Shown: one piece after another, positions 1 through 9,146 of the stretch
How positions within the stretch are numbered: position 1 is the stretch's first letter
How the letters are laid out: each line of letters opens with the position of its first letter
NCBI GenBank assembly: GCA_039795225.1
Contig: JBDKEN010000001.1
Coordinates: forward strand, 21,610 to 85,609
Direction: 5' to 3'
From: Bacteroidota bacterium
GTDB lineage: Bacteria > Bacteroidota > Ignavibacteria > Kapaibacteriales > Kapaibacteriaceae
DNA length: 64,000 nucleotides
The notes under the pieces: generated by a model
The model's input: only the letters and a program-made list of their open reading frames with translations
Told to the model about the DNA's origin: nothing
Database searches by the model: none
Translations under genes and position numbers: made by a program

Positions 1-1201
1 TGTCATTGTCCGCGATATGTGGTTGACCGGCTTTGACGCCCCCTGCCTGAGCACGATGTACATCGACAAGCCCATGCAGGGTCACGGCCTCATGCAGGCC
101 ATTGCGCGTGTGAACCGCGTGTTCCGCGACAAGCCCGGCGGACTGGTGGTGGATTATCTGGGTCTGGCCGACAGCCTGAAGCGCGCGCTTGCAACGTACA
201 CGCAGAGTGGCGGTAAGGGGCAACCCAACATCAATGTCGAGGAAGCCGTGGCGGTGCTGCTGGAGAAGATGGACATTGCCCACGCCATGCTGCACGGCTT
301 TGACTGGTCGGCGTGGACGGGCGACAACATTCAGGCACGTCTCGCCCTGCTGGCCCCCGGATGTGAGCACATCCTGGAGCAGGAGAACGGTCGATCCCGC
401 TGGATGCAGGTCATCACCGACGCTTCCCGTGCCTTTGCGCTCTGTGCGGCGAGCAACGAAGCCAAGGCCATCCGCGATGATCTTGCGTTCTTTCAGGCTC
501 TGAGAGGGGGCATGCTTAAGGAACGGGAGAACCGCTCCGACGATCCGGACCGTCTTGATGCTGCGATACGTCAACTTGTTGACAAAGCGATTGTCGCCGA
601 TGACGGTATTATTGATGTCTTCACGGCTGCCGGTCTGCAGAAGCCCGACATCAGCATTTTGTCGGACCAGTTCCTTGCCGAAGTGCGCGGTCTGAAGTAC
701 AAGAACGTCGCTGCCGAACTGCTTGAAAAGCTGCTGACCGACGAGATCCGCACAACCTACAAGAACAACATCGTCGAGTCGAAGCGTCTTTCCGAGCTCC
801 TGCAGCAAACCCTCAACCGCTACCACAATCGCGCCATCGAAACGCAGGAAGTGATCGAAGAGCTCATCCGTCTGGCCCGCGACATGCGCGAGGCGATCAG
901 TCGCGGTGAGTCTCTCGGCCTGAACGACGACGAGCTTGCCTTCTACGATGCCCTTGCCGACAACTCCAGTGCCCGCATTGTGATGGGCGACGACAAGCTC
1001 AAGCTCATCGCCACCGAGCTCGTCAAGAAGGTTCGCTCCAGTGTCACCATCGACTGGAACCTCCGCGAGCAGGCCCGCGCCAACATCCGCGTCATCATCA
1101 AGCGCATACTCCGCGAGCACGGCTACCCACCCGACCTGCAGTCCGAAGCCGCCCAGCTCGTGCTGCAACAAGCCGAGCTGCTGTGCGAGGGGTGGGTGTA
1201 G
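1..1201 (+). CDS. hsdR: Type I restriction enzyme R subunit (HsdR), C-terminal part; the 5' end lies outside the window
   Basis: The frame is open from the window edge. The helicase motif VI region [14 protein letters not shown]...[13 protein letters not shown] is typical of HsdR and is followed by a helical C-terminal domain. Confidence 0.85.
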   Translation, partial: VIVRDMWLTGFDAPCLSTMYIDKPMQGHGLMQAIARVNRVFRDKPGGLVVDYLGLADSLKRALATYTQSGGKGQPNINVEEAVAVLLEKMDIAHAMLHGFDWSAWTGDNIQARLALLAPGCEHILEQENGRSRWMQVITDASRAFALCAASNEAKAIRDDLAFFQALRGGMLKERENRSDDPDRLDAAIRQLVDKAIVADDGIIDVFTAAGLQKPDISILSDQFLAEVRGLKYKNVAAELLEKLLTDEIRTTYKNNIVESKRLSELLQQTLNRYHNRAIETQEVIEELIRLARDMREAISRGESLGLNDDELAFYDALADNSSARIVMGDDKLKLIATELVKKVRSSVTIDWNLREQARANIRVIIKRILREHGYPPDLQSEAAQLVLQQAELLCEGWV

Positions 1202-1208
1202 GAGAGAG

Positions 1209-1257
1209 GGCACTGGGTACAGGGTACAAGGTACTGGGTACTGGGTACACACATTAC
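1209..1257 (-). repeat. Heptamer array A (GGTACNN, about 7 units)
   Basis: The sequence reads GGCACTG GGTACAG GGTACAA GGTACTG GGTACTG GGTACAC ACATTAC and begins 8 nt after the hsdR stop. For all heptamer arrays, strand is the strand on which the array reads TTSGTAM/CCAAACC. Confidence 0.8.
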
Positions 1258-1479
1258 GACACCCACACAAGACGTTCGCATCCCATCCCCATACTTCAGC
1301 CCTGGGCGGGAAGGGGGCGGGGCAGGGATGTTTGCCAGCAGGGGCAGGGAAGCCTCAAGCTGAGCAGTATGGGAGGACATTAACCGTTAGCATGGAGGAA
1401 GCTTCCTCAGACCAGCCCCTTGCGACAACGTTCATCAACCGGTACCCGTATCTTCGAATTCCTGAAGAAAGACACCGCT

Positions 1480-2820
1480 ATGCACGATATCATTTGTCCC
1501 CATTGTCATACAGCGTTTAAGATCGATGAGTCTGGTTACGCCGACATCCTCAAGCAGGTGCGTGATACCGACTTTGAAAAGCAGATTGCCGAGCGCTTGG
1601 CCATTGCCGAAAAGGAGAAAGAAAGTGCTGTCAATCTTACGAAGGCGCAATCCGAGATTGCCCTCAAGAGCAGTCTTGCTGAAAAGGAAGCGCAGATCTC
1701 GGCACTGAAGTCAAAGGTTGATAGCATCGAAATGGAGCGTCAACTTGCAGTGACCATGGCTACGCGAGATCTTGAATCTGAGCGTGACAAGCTGGCCAGT
1801 GAAATTGACCTGTTGAAGAAGCAGATGCAAAGTGCTGTTGATCTGGCACAGGCAACCTTCAAGAATGAGCTGCAGCAAACAGCGAGTGCCAAGGAGAGTC
1901 AGATCCAGTCGTTAAAGAATGATATTGAACGACTCACACTTGCGCAGGAGCTTGCCGAAACGTCGCTGCGCGAGCGCTATGAAGCTCAGCTCAAGGATCG
2001 TGATGCGGCAATCGAACGGCTGCGAGACATGAAGGCCAAGCTCTCCACCAAGATGGTCGGTGAAACCCTCGAACAACACTGCGAGATTGAATTTAATCGC
2101 ATTCGCGCCACTGCTTTCCCCCGGGCGTACTTCGAAAAGGACACCGATGCCCGCACAGGCAGTAAAGGCGATTACATCTTTCGCGATTACGATGAGTCCG
2201 GCACCGAAATCGTCTCCATCATGTTCGAGATGAAGAATGAGGCGGACCTCACGGCGACCAAGAAGAAGAACGAGGACTTCCTCAAAGAACTCGACAAGGA
2301 TCGAGCAGAGAAGAGTTGTGAGTACGCTGTGCTCGTGTCACTGCTCGAGCCAGAGAATGAACTCTACAACACCGGTATCGTCGACATGTTCTACCGCTAC
2401 CCGAAAATGTACGTTGTGCGTCCACAGTTCTTCATCCCGATCATTACGTTGCTTCGGAATGCCGCCATGAACTCGCTCAAATACAAGTCGGAACTTTCTC
2501 TTGTGAAGGCCCAGAACATCGACATCACCAACTTCGAAGAGGACCTCGAGAGCTTCAAGGACGCCTTCAAGCGGAACTACGACCTTGCCTCGAAGAAGTT
2601 CAAGGATGCGATCGACGAAATCGATAAGTCCATCAATCACTTGCAAAAGACCAAGGAAGCCCTGCTCGGTACCGATCGTAATCTCCGACTGGCAAATGAT
2701 AAGGCCCAGGATGTGACTATCAAAAAGCTCACGCGCGGCAACCCAACAATGGCCGCGAAGTTTGCCGAGGTCAAGAATGTCCCGAAGAATGATGCGTCAT
2801 CACCCGAGCCCCACGACTAA
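1480..2820 (+). CDS. DUF2130-like protein: N-terminal zinc ribbon, long coiled coil, C-terminal PD-(D/E)xK-like nuclease core
   Basis: The N-terminus [29 protein letters not shown] matches my memory of DUF2130. About 200 aa are rich in heptad-like E/K/L/Q. GDYIF...IMFEMKNE looks like a D...ExK nuclease motif. I moved the start to the ATG at 1480, the Met directly preceding the conserved DUF2130-like N-terminus. Confidence 0.7.
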   Translation: MHDIICPHCHTAFKIDESGYADILKQVRDTDFEKQIAERLAIAEKEKESAVNLTKAQSEIALKSSLAEKEAQISALKSKVDSIEMERQLAVTMATRDLESERDKLASEIDLLKKQMQSAVDLAQATFKNELQQTASAKESQIQSLKNDIERLTLAQELAETSLRERYEAQLKDRDAAIERLRDMKAKLSTKMVGETLEQHCEIEFNRIRATAFPRAYFEKDTDARTGSKGDYIFRDYDESGTEIVSIMFEMKNEADLTATKKKNEDFLKELDKDRAEKSCEYAVLVSLLEPENELYNTGIVDMFYRYPKMYVVRPQFFIPIITLLRNAAMNSLKYKSELSLVKAQNIDITNFEEDLESFKDAFKRNYDLASKKFKDAIDEIDKSINHLQKTKEALLGTDRNLRLANDKAQDVTIKKLTRGNPTMAAKFAEVKNVPKNDASSPEPHD

Positions 2821-2843
2821 AACGCTCTCATCCATCCTCCTAA

Positions 2844-2934
2844 TTTGTTCTTCGTAATTCGTACTTCGTAATTGGTACTTCGGAATTGGTCCTTCGTAAT
2901 TCGTACTTCGTAATTCGTACTTCGTAATTCGTCC
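2844..2934 (+). repeat. Heptamer array B (TTCGTAA/TTCGTAC, 13 units)
   Basis: It shows perfect 7-bp phasing with a 14-bp alternation. It lies between two convergent gene ends, 12 nt from the stop of the minus-strand gene. Confidence 0.9.
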
Positions 2935-2945
2935 CAGCGGCCTTC

Positions 2946-5216
2946 TCACTTGATATGATAGATCCTTATCGCTGAACTTGCGTCGTATGGTGAAACACCT
3001 TGTAGGTCCTCGTCGATTATGGCAGCGAGCTTCGAGCCATCGCCGCTAAAGCTAAATGCTTCCGGGTAACTCCTTGCTGTTCCGACTGGGAGGGGACGTA
3101 GAAGTCGCTGTGATCGAAGATCAATGAGAGCTGCGGGAACACCCTTGTTATGTGACCAAGTAACATACTGCGCATCATTGGCTGAGAACGCCATCACAGT
3201 ATCTCCTGTAGTGCGTGAGATCTCGGCACCGGTTGTCATATCCACTAACCATGTCGTGAAATACGATATGGAGACTAGCCCCTGAATCGCCACAATCTTA
3301 CCTGACTGTGACAGCATTTTAGCTCTGGGGTAATAGCGAGGGTCTGCCAATGTATCCGGACGCCAGGTGAAACTTCGAACTGTACCGCCAGTTGTGATGT
3401 CGATAGTATAGAGTGTCACGGGATTAAATGTCTCAAAAACAGCGAGCGTGTTACCCTGCATCCCCATAAAGCCAGCTATTTTACCGTCAAATTGATTTAA
3501 AGGTATTGTGCGGCGTAAGGTGCCAGATGCAACGTCATATTCATCCATGCGGTCCCGTTCCGTGACGTATACCGTTGAGCCGTCCGAGGTTGCGTGGTGC
3601 CTACCAGGAGCTGATATTGTCGAAACAACCTCGCCTGTGCCTGCATTATAGATCGTAGTCTTGGCACCTGTGGACACAGCAATTCGCGAATCGGCAGCTA
3701 CAAAGCGAATGGAAGAGAAGCGCTCCTGAGTCCATTGTCTGTCTGTTCTCCAGAGCTGCGTACCAGTTGACGCATCAAAGACAAAGACCTCTTGCCACCC
3801 CGTGAATAACGCGACGCGCGAGCCATCGGAGTTCAGCGCAATATTCTGGGCCCAACTACCCAAGGGTAGTTTGAACTCTGTAAATGCTGTTCCAATTCCG
3901 CCGCAGGCCTTGAGATTTCCTGCATTGTACAGAGTTCCGCCAGTGATCGGTGATACCGCGGTCGAGGTAATTGTCCGTCCGTTCGTACTATACCCTTCGA
4001 GGGTGAGTGCGACACCAGCGGGCACCGTAACGCGAATCTTCCCGGTGGTTGATGAGGCGACCTTCACACCCGTTGGCGTGACAACCTGCACGAAGCCACC
4101 GATCGGTGCATCATTGCAATCCACGATCTGTGCCTCCAGAAGCGTCGGACATGGCGAAACGACGATGTTCTTACGAAACGTCTGGTTTTCTGCAATCGGA
4201 CCAACAGTCACCGGTGATGAGGACATGCCCTCGTTACCGCGTGCGCGAACCTGCACATCGAACGCTACGTCTGCCGGTACAAGCCGGCGATACATTCCAT
4301 CTTGATCGGTAATGACACTCACTTGCCCGATATCAACCGTGATGCCTGCAAGAGGGATGTTCTGGCCACATGTTACACGACCTTCGATAAAGGCTCGGCG
4401 AGCTCTCGGAACATCAAGATTCCAGTCCGTAAAGTGCGTTACGGTTCCAACGTACTGTCCGCCCGAAAGCGTAGCCTTCCCTTCCTCAACCCAGATACCC
4501 TGCTTTTCATCGAAATGCCAGAGTGGTATCTCCGACATGGAGGCACCGGCAGCAGGATACGTAAGGTTAGCGACAGCCCCCTTCGCGAGGTTAAGGGGCT
4601 GCCCCTGCGACCCCGTCAGGAGAACACGAAGAACGCCGTACGAAACAAGTTCTGTCGATGAACCATCAGCGCGCAGTGCGGCCATATCTCCTGAAAAGCT
4701 GTCATAGAAGTTTGCCGACTGTGGATCCAGATATCGTGCGGCCACAGAGACCGTTCCGGAGTAGCTGTTACCCTGAGCATCGATGTAGCCGTTCGCCGGC
4801 AGGTCAATGCTAGCAGCTCCAAGTGTTACCAGACCACCACTGGAGGCATTGATCGTCTTGATCTGCTTCGCTTCCTGGAGCGTCAACAGCATAGTTGTGA
4901 CCTTACCAGCCGATGGATAGGCGGCCCTTGCCCCGGTGAAATACCCGCTCTTGCGAACGGTTATCACCGCACGTGTTGATGGAACCGTCACGTTCTGAAG
5001 AACGAACACTCCGTTCCCATTGGTCGTCGTTGAGGTGCCATGACCGCTGACAACTGCCCCTTGAACAGACTTCCCTTCCTCGTCAACAACGCGACCGGTG
5101 ATCGTCGTGCGAACGGTTTCCGCGTAATCACCTTGGGCCGGGTCAGAGACGGAGTTACATCCCGTAAGCGCGGCAAATACAATTACTGTAAGAACAACAC
5201 GGAGCATAAAAGCCAT
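2946..5216 (-). CDS. Lipoprotein with a carboxypeptidase-regulatory-like Ig domain and C-terminal beta-propeller (TolB/WD40-like) repeats
   Basis: MAFMLRVVLTVIVFAALTGC is a signal peptide with a lipobox. ITGRVVDEEGKSVQGAVV matches the CarboxypepD_reg pattern. The C-terminal half has repeated beta-strand propeller-like segments. GGAGG lies 6 nt upstream of the ATG at 5216. Confidence 0.6.
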   Translation of the reverse strand: MAFMLRVVLTVIVFAALTGCNSVSDPAQGDYAETVRTTITGRVVDEEGKSVQGAVVSGHGTSTTTNGNGVFVLQNVTVPSTRAVITVRKSGYFTGARAAYPSAGKVTTMLLTLQEAKQIKTINASSGGLVTLGAASIDLPANGYIDAQGNSYSGTVSVAARYLDPQSANFYDSFSGDMAALRADGSSTELVSYGVLRVLLTGSQGQPLNLAKGAVANLTYPAAGASMSEIPLWHFDEKQGIWVEEGKATLSGGQYVGTVTHFTDWNLDVPRARRAFIEGRVTCGQNIPLAGITVDIGQVSVITDQDGMYRRLVPADVAFDVQVRARGNEGMSSSPVTVGPIAENQTFRKNIVVSPCPTLLEAQIVDCNDAPIGGFVQVVTPTGVKVASSTTGKIRVTVPAGVALTLEGYSTNGRTITSTAVSPITGGTLYNAGNLKACGGIGTAFTEFKLPLGSWAQNIALNSDGSRVALFTGWQEVFVFDASTGTQLWRTDRQWTQERFSSIRFVAADSRIAVSTGAKTTIYNAGTGEVVSTISAPGRHHATSDGSTVYVTERDRMDEYDVASGTLRRTIPLNQFDGKIAGFMGMQGNTLAVFETFNPVTLYTIDITTGGTVRSFTWRPDTLADPRYYPRAKMLSQSGKIVAIQGLVSISYFTTWLVDMTTGAEISRTTGDTVMAFSANDAQYVTWSHNKGVPAALIDLRSQRLLRPLPVGTARSYPEAFSFSGDGSKLAAIIDEDLQGVSPYDASSAIRIYHIK

Positions 5217-5527
5217 GGCAACCTCCGATAACATTTGATATAGATAATGAGCTGCTTGTTGATTCTGGTCGCAGCACCAGCCAGACAACCGAGATGCTCC
5301 GAGTCAACCCCACGGTAGACGGAGTCGAGATTTCACAGACGTATGCTATAGCCAACAACGACGATTACATGGTCCACCTTGTCTTACTGACAAGTGTGCT
5401 TGGGCAACTTAGGACTCTTTTCCAAATGCCAAACGATTACTACCGAAAAGTATTACTCAAAATTCTTTCCGGGGTAGCGCCAGACGTCCGGCGTGTGCAG
5501 GATTCCGGATAATGCGGGGACAACCAC

Positions 5528-5576
5528 CTCGTCATTCGTACTTCGTCATTCGTACTTCGTAATTGGTACTTCGTAC
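5528..5576 (+). repeat. Heptamer array C (TTCGTCA/TTCGTAC, 7 units)
   Basis: The sequence reads CTCGTCA TTCGTAC TTCGTCA TTCGTAC TTCGTAA TTGGTAC TTCGTAC. It ends 32 nt upstream of the kynA ATG. Confidence 0.85.
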
Positions 5577-5595
5577 CCTATACCGCTCCTCTCCG

Positions 5596-5603
5596 TAATT
5601 TCG
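5596..5603 (+). promoter_or_regulatory. Bacteroidetes-type -7 box candidate (TAATTTCG), 12 nt before the kynA ATG
   Basis: It matches TAnnTTyG. The distance from the T of the box to the A of the ATG is 12 nt. Confidence 0.4.
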
Positions 5604-5607
5604 GCGC

Positions 5608-6681
5608 ATGCTCTATTACTCTGAATATCTCGCCCTTGATGCCGTTCTCAACGCTCAACATCTGGAGAGTGCCAAGCATGGTGCGCCTGCGCATGAAGAG
5701 ATGTTGTTTATCATCACGCACCAGACATTTGAACTGTGGTTTAAGCAGGTGCTCTTCGAGGTCGACTCGGTAATCCAGTTGTTAGACCGGGAGTATGTGC
5801 CGGAGGCGGATGTTGCGGTGTGCCTTTCGCGGATTCAACGCGTTAATCGAATCATGGAGCACCTGGCCTCGCAGTTTACGTTGATCGAAACCATGACGCC
5901 GGGCGAGTTCATGGAGTTCCGTGCATTCTTGAATCCTGCCAGCGGGTTTCAGTCAGTGCAATGGCGTGTACTGGAGCGCACCCTGGGATTGCCCGAGACA
6001 AAGCGCGTTCTGCGGCACTACACCGAGCCATTCACACCGGAGCAACTCAAGCAGCTCGATGATGCAAGCAATCGGACAACGCTCTTTGCAGCCGTGCAGC
6101 GGTGGCTTGAGCAGATGCCATTCATGGAGCATGGCACCTATGCATTCTGGGATGCCTACAAGCAATCGGTAACCGCGATGCTCGACAACGACCGACGCGA
6201 AGTACGACGTCTGTCTGAAGCTGAGCACACCGATCCAACGCGCGCGCTCGAACAGATTGACGCCAATGAAAAGGGCTTCCTTGGACTCTTTGATGCAGAT
6301 GCCTATGCCGAGCTGCAGACGCAGGGAATTCGTCGACTCTCGCAGCGGGCAACACTGGCGACACTGTTCATTTCGACATATCGGGATCGTCCCTTGCTGC
6401 AGATACCCTATCGATTTGTGGATGCAATCATCGAACTCGACCGTCTTGTTTCGCTCTGGCGCTACCGGCATACCATGATGGTGAGTCGAATGATCGGCAT
6501 GCGCGTCGGGACAGGGGGCTCAAGTGGTCACGACTATTTGATGCAGACAACGGTGCGCCAGCGAGTCTTCGATGATCTGACGTCGCTTTCGTCCTATCTC
6601 GTTTCGCCGCAGCACACACCTGTGCTCCCAGCGGAGATCGAGTCGCGTCTGCAGTTTGTTAACGAAGCGTCCAAGGGCTAG
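5608..6681 (+). CDS. kynA: Tryptophan 2,3-dioxygenase
   Basis: YSEYLALDAVLNAQ...HEEMLFIITHQTFELWFKQVLFE and RYRHTMMVSRMIG...GTGGSSG are characteristic TDO motifs. Confidence 0.85.
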   Translation: MLYYSEYLALDAVLNAQHLESAKHGAPAHEEMLFIITHQTFELWFKQVLFEVDSVIQLLDREYVPEADVAVCLSRIQRVNRIMEHLASQFTLIETMTPGEFMEFRAFLNPASGFQSVQWRVLERTLGLPETKRVLRHYTEPFTPEQLKQLDDASNRTTLFAAVQRWLEQMPFMEHGTYAFWDAYKQSVTAMLDNDRREVRRLSEAEHTDPTRALEQIDANEKGFLGLFDADAYAELQTQGIRRLSQRATLATLFISTYRDRPLLQIPYRFVDAIIELDRLVSLWRYRHTMMVSRMIGMRVGTGGSSGHDYLMQTTVRQRVFDDLTSLSSYLVSPQHTPVLPAEIESRLQFVNEASKG

Positions 6682-6696
6682 AGTCGCGCTCGTTCC

Positions 6697-7431
6697 ATGA
6701 GCATGCTCATGGAACCAATGAAGACGCTTCTCCGATCGGTCATTCGCGTCATTAATGACGTCGTCTTTCCACGCCACTGCCTGCTCTCAGGTGTCCACCT
6801 GCACGAGCCACCTGTGCTCGTGCCCGGGATTTCCGATACAGCGCTTGCGGCGGAAACCGTTGCCCCATACGGAGCGGCCCTCGAGGTTCTGATTCAACGT
6901 CACTTCGAGCCAGACGATTTCATGCTTTCGCGTGTTTCCTCCTGCTGGACATTGGACCGAAGCTCACGAATTGATGCGGCTATCTATGCGATCAAGTACG
7001 GCGGGCGCACATCCCTGGCAACGCACCTCGGCGCGCTCATGGCAGGTCATATTGATATGGCCGACCTCGATGCTTCGGCAATCATCGCGGCCGTGCCAAT
7101 CCATCGGGCACGACAGCGCGAACGAGGGTATAATCAAGCGTCGTTCCTTGCCGCTGGCCTAGCCGGTGCGCTCAATCGGGCGTTACTCGAGGAGGGTGTG
7201 ATCATTCGCCGGCGCTACACACCAACCCAAACGTCACTTGACCAGCAACACCGCTATCGCAATGTGCAGGATGCCTTCGTTGTGCGCGACCCTTCGATGG
7301 TCAAGGGGCGCACCATCGTCCTTGTCGACGATGTCCTAACCACGGGGGCGACCATCAACGCCTGCGCAACGGCGCTTGTCGAGGCCGGAGCACGACGCGT
7401 GGATGCCATCACTGTCTGTGTTGCCGTGTGA
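6697..7431 (+). CDS. comF: ComF-family phosphoribosyltransferase-domain protein
   Basis: RQRERGYNQA and the PRPP-binding loop IVLVDDVLTTGATINAC are present, and length and layout fit ComFC. Confidence 0.75.
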   Translation: MSMLMEPMKTLLRSVIRVINDVVFPRHCLLSGVHLHEPPVLVPGISDTALAAETVAPYGAALEVLIQRHFEPDDFMLSRVSSCWTLDRSSRIDAAIYAIKYGGRTSLATHLGALMAGHIDMADLDASAIIAAVPIHRARQRERGYNQASFLAAGLAGALNRALLEEGVIIRRRYTPTQTSLDQQHRYRNVQDAFVVRDPSMVKGRTIVLVDDVLTTGATINACATALVEAGARRVDAITVCVAV

Positions 7432-7460
7432 GAGCTTCATTCCAGAAGTCCGTCTCGCAG

Positions 7461-7468
7461 TAACTTCG
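7461..7468 (+). promoter_or_regulatory. -7 box candidate (TAACTTCG), 12 nt before the pepP ATG
   Basis: It has the same spacing and motif as the kynA box. Confidence 0.4.
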
Positions 7469-7472
7469 CTTC

Positions 7473-8879
7473 ATGATCTACTCCTTCGTTCGACACAGAT
7501 CCGCCGTTACAGCGCTGCTGGTGCTGTTCGCTTCTCTTGGTGCGATATCACAGACCTTTCCGTATGAAGTGTTCGATGACGACCTGCCCCCTGCCTCGGT
7601 TTACAAAGAGCGTCGCGAGCGACTCTTGCAGCAGATGGCTCCGCGGACGATGTGCGTTGTTCTATCGGCCGACGTCCGCAATCGTCAGAACGACGTTGAC
7701 TTCGAGTACCGTCAGAGCTCAGACATGCTCTACCTCTGTGGATCGCCTACACCAGCGTCCACCTTGGTGCTGATCAAGGACGGGGTCGTGATCAATGGAC
7801 GTCGACTTCGAGAAATCTTGTTCATTCCCGAGCGGAAGCCCGATCGCGAAGTATGGCAAGGTGTCGCCATGGGACCACTTGAGGCGATGCAGCATCTTGG
7901 CGTTGACACTGCGATTGCGACGAAGGACATGCGCGCACTCCTGGATAGCATGATCGTGCGTACCGACACGCTTCTCGTCTCAACCCTTCCAACACGCGCG
8001 CTCAACGTGCCCCTTGCCGGGAAGAATCTCTACAGTGAAGGAGAGATGAAGCGCTGGCTCAAGGAGCTCAACCCATCATGCATCTTGAAGACGCCAATCT
8101 CCTACCTCAGGGCCATGCGCGAGGTCAAGGACAGTGCCGAGCTTCGCTTGATGCGCATGGCAATCGACATCAGCATCGAAGGTCACTTGGCAACCATGAA
8201 GGGGGCTCGCCCCGGAATGAAGGAATACGAGCTTGAAGCACTCATGGAGTACGGCTTCAAGCGTCGTGGTGCACAAGATGTCGGCTATCCTTCGATCGTT
8301 GGCTCGAACTATAACGCCTGCATTCTCCACTACACGGCGAACCGTCGAACGACGAGTATCAACGACCTCGTGCTGGCAGATTGTGGTGCCGAGTATCATG
8401 GGTACACGGCGGACATCACGCGAACCTTTCCCCTGACCGGGTCGTTCACCAAGGAACAACGCCTGATCTACGACATCGTCCTTGAAGCGCAGGATTCAGG
8501 CATCGCCGCATCACGTCTCGGTAGCCCCTTTCGTGCACCGCACCAGGCCGCGCTCGACGTCATCCAGCGTCGCCTGATGGAACTGGGCATCACCGCGGCA
8601 CCGGAACAAGCATCGGACTACTTCATTCACGGGACCTCCCATTATTTAGGACTCGATGTCCACGATCCCGGCACCGGTGGACCACTCAAAGCCAACAGCA
8701 TCATCACCGTCGAGCCAGGCATCTACATCCCCGCCGGCTCACCCTGTGATAAACGGTGGTGGAATATCGGCATCCGCATCGAAGACGACATCCTCATCAC
8801 CCCCACCGGCCCCGTAAACCTCTCAGCAGCATTGCCCCGCAAGGCGGCTGATATTGAAGCGTTGATGAAACGAGAGTAG
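7473..8879 (+). CDS. pepP: Xaa-Pro aminopeptidase (M24B) with an N-terminal signal peptide
   Basis: GYPSIVGSNYNACILHY, DCGAEYHGYTADITRTF, HGTSHYLGLDVHD, VEPGIY and IRIEDD are the M24B metal-ligand motifs. The N-terminus is hydrophobic (ALLVLFASLGAISQ). Confidence 0.8.
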   Translation: MIYSFVRHRSAVTALLVLFASLGAISQTFPYEVFDDDLPPASVYKERRERLLQQMAPRTMCVVLSADVRNRQNDVDFEYRQSSDMLYLCGSPTPASTLVLIKDGVVINGRRLREILFIPERKPDREVWQGVAMGPLEAMQHLGVDTAIATKDMRALLDSMIVRTDTLLVSTLPTRALNVPLAGKNLYSEGEMKRWLKELNPSCILKTPISYLRAMREVKDSAELRLMRMAIDISIEGHLATMKGARPGMKEYELEALMEYGFKRRGAQDVGYPSIVGSNYNACILHYTANRRTTSINDLVLADCGAEYHGYTADITRTFPLTGSFTKEQRLIYDIVLEAQDSGIAASRLGSPFRAPHQAALDVIQRRLMELGITAAPEQASDYFIHGTSHYLGLDVHDPGTGGPLKANSIITVEPGIYIPAGSPCDKRWWNIGIRIEDDILITPTGPVNLSAALPRKAADIEALMKRE

Positions 8880-8887
8880 GGGCGCAA

Positions 8888-8950
8888 TTACCAATTACCA
8901 ATTACCAATTACCAAGTACCAAGTACCAATTACGAATGACTAATGGCAAA
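8888..8950 (-). repeat. Heptamer array D (TTACCAA/GTACCAA, 9 units)
   Basis: (TTACCAA)4 (GTACCAA)2 TTACGAA TGACTAA TGGCAAA starts 8 nt after the pepP stop. It is the complement orientation of array E. Confidence 0.9.
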
Positions 8951-9019
8951 GTACGTCAACAATGTACGCTGACTGCTTCGTCATAGGTTTGACGAGGTCC
9001 TTGATTGGGGACATTATTC

Positions 9020-9138
9020 ACGGTCCTTGGTAATTCGTACTTGGTAATTAGTAATTCGTACTTGGTAATTGGTAATTCGTACTTGTTAACTGGTAATTCG
9101 TACTTAGTAATTGGTAATTGGCAATTCGTACTTGGTAA
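9020..9138 (+). repeat. Heptamer array E (TTGGTAA/TTCGTAC, about 17 units)
   Basis: The 7-bp phase is kept over 119 bp. It ends 8 nt before the glmM-like ATG. Confidence 0.9.
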
Positions 9139-9143
9139 CTTGC
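9136..9143 (+). promoter_or_regulatory. -7 box candidate (TAACTTGC), 11 nt before the glmM-like ATG, formed by the last units of array E
   Basis: This is a motif and spacing match with one position shifted. Confidence 0.3.
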
Positions 9144-9146
9144 CCC

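Noticed and set aside
2844-2934. The heptamer arrays as CRISPR arrays.
   Set aside because: Units are 7 bp and directly tandem with no spacers. No cas genes are present in the window.
9111-9146. N-terminal extensions of ORF-track genes: glmM-like 9111-9146, gcvP 44942-45016, DUF2130 1420-1479, metzincin 37439-37624, lipoprotein 21438-21863, exported protein 19668-19766, and the 50539-50670 extension.
   Set aside because: The extensions run through repeat arrays or overlap neighbouring genes, sometimes antisense. Internal ATG or GTG codons give canonical N-termini or signal peptides and remove the overlaps.
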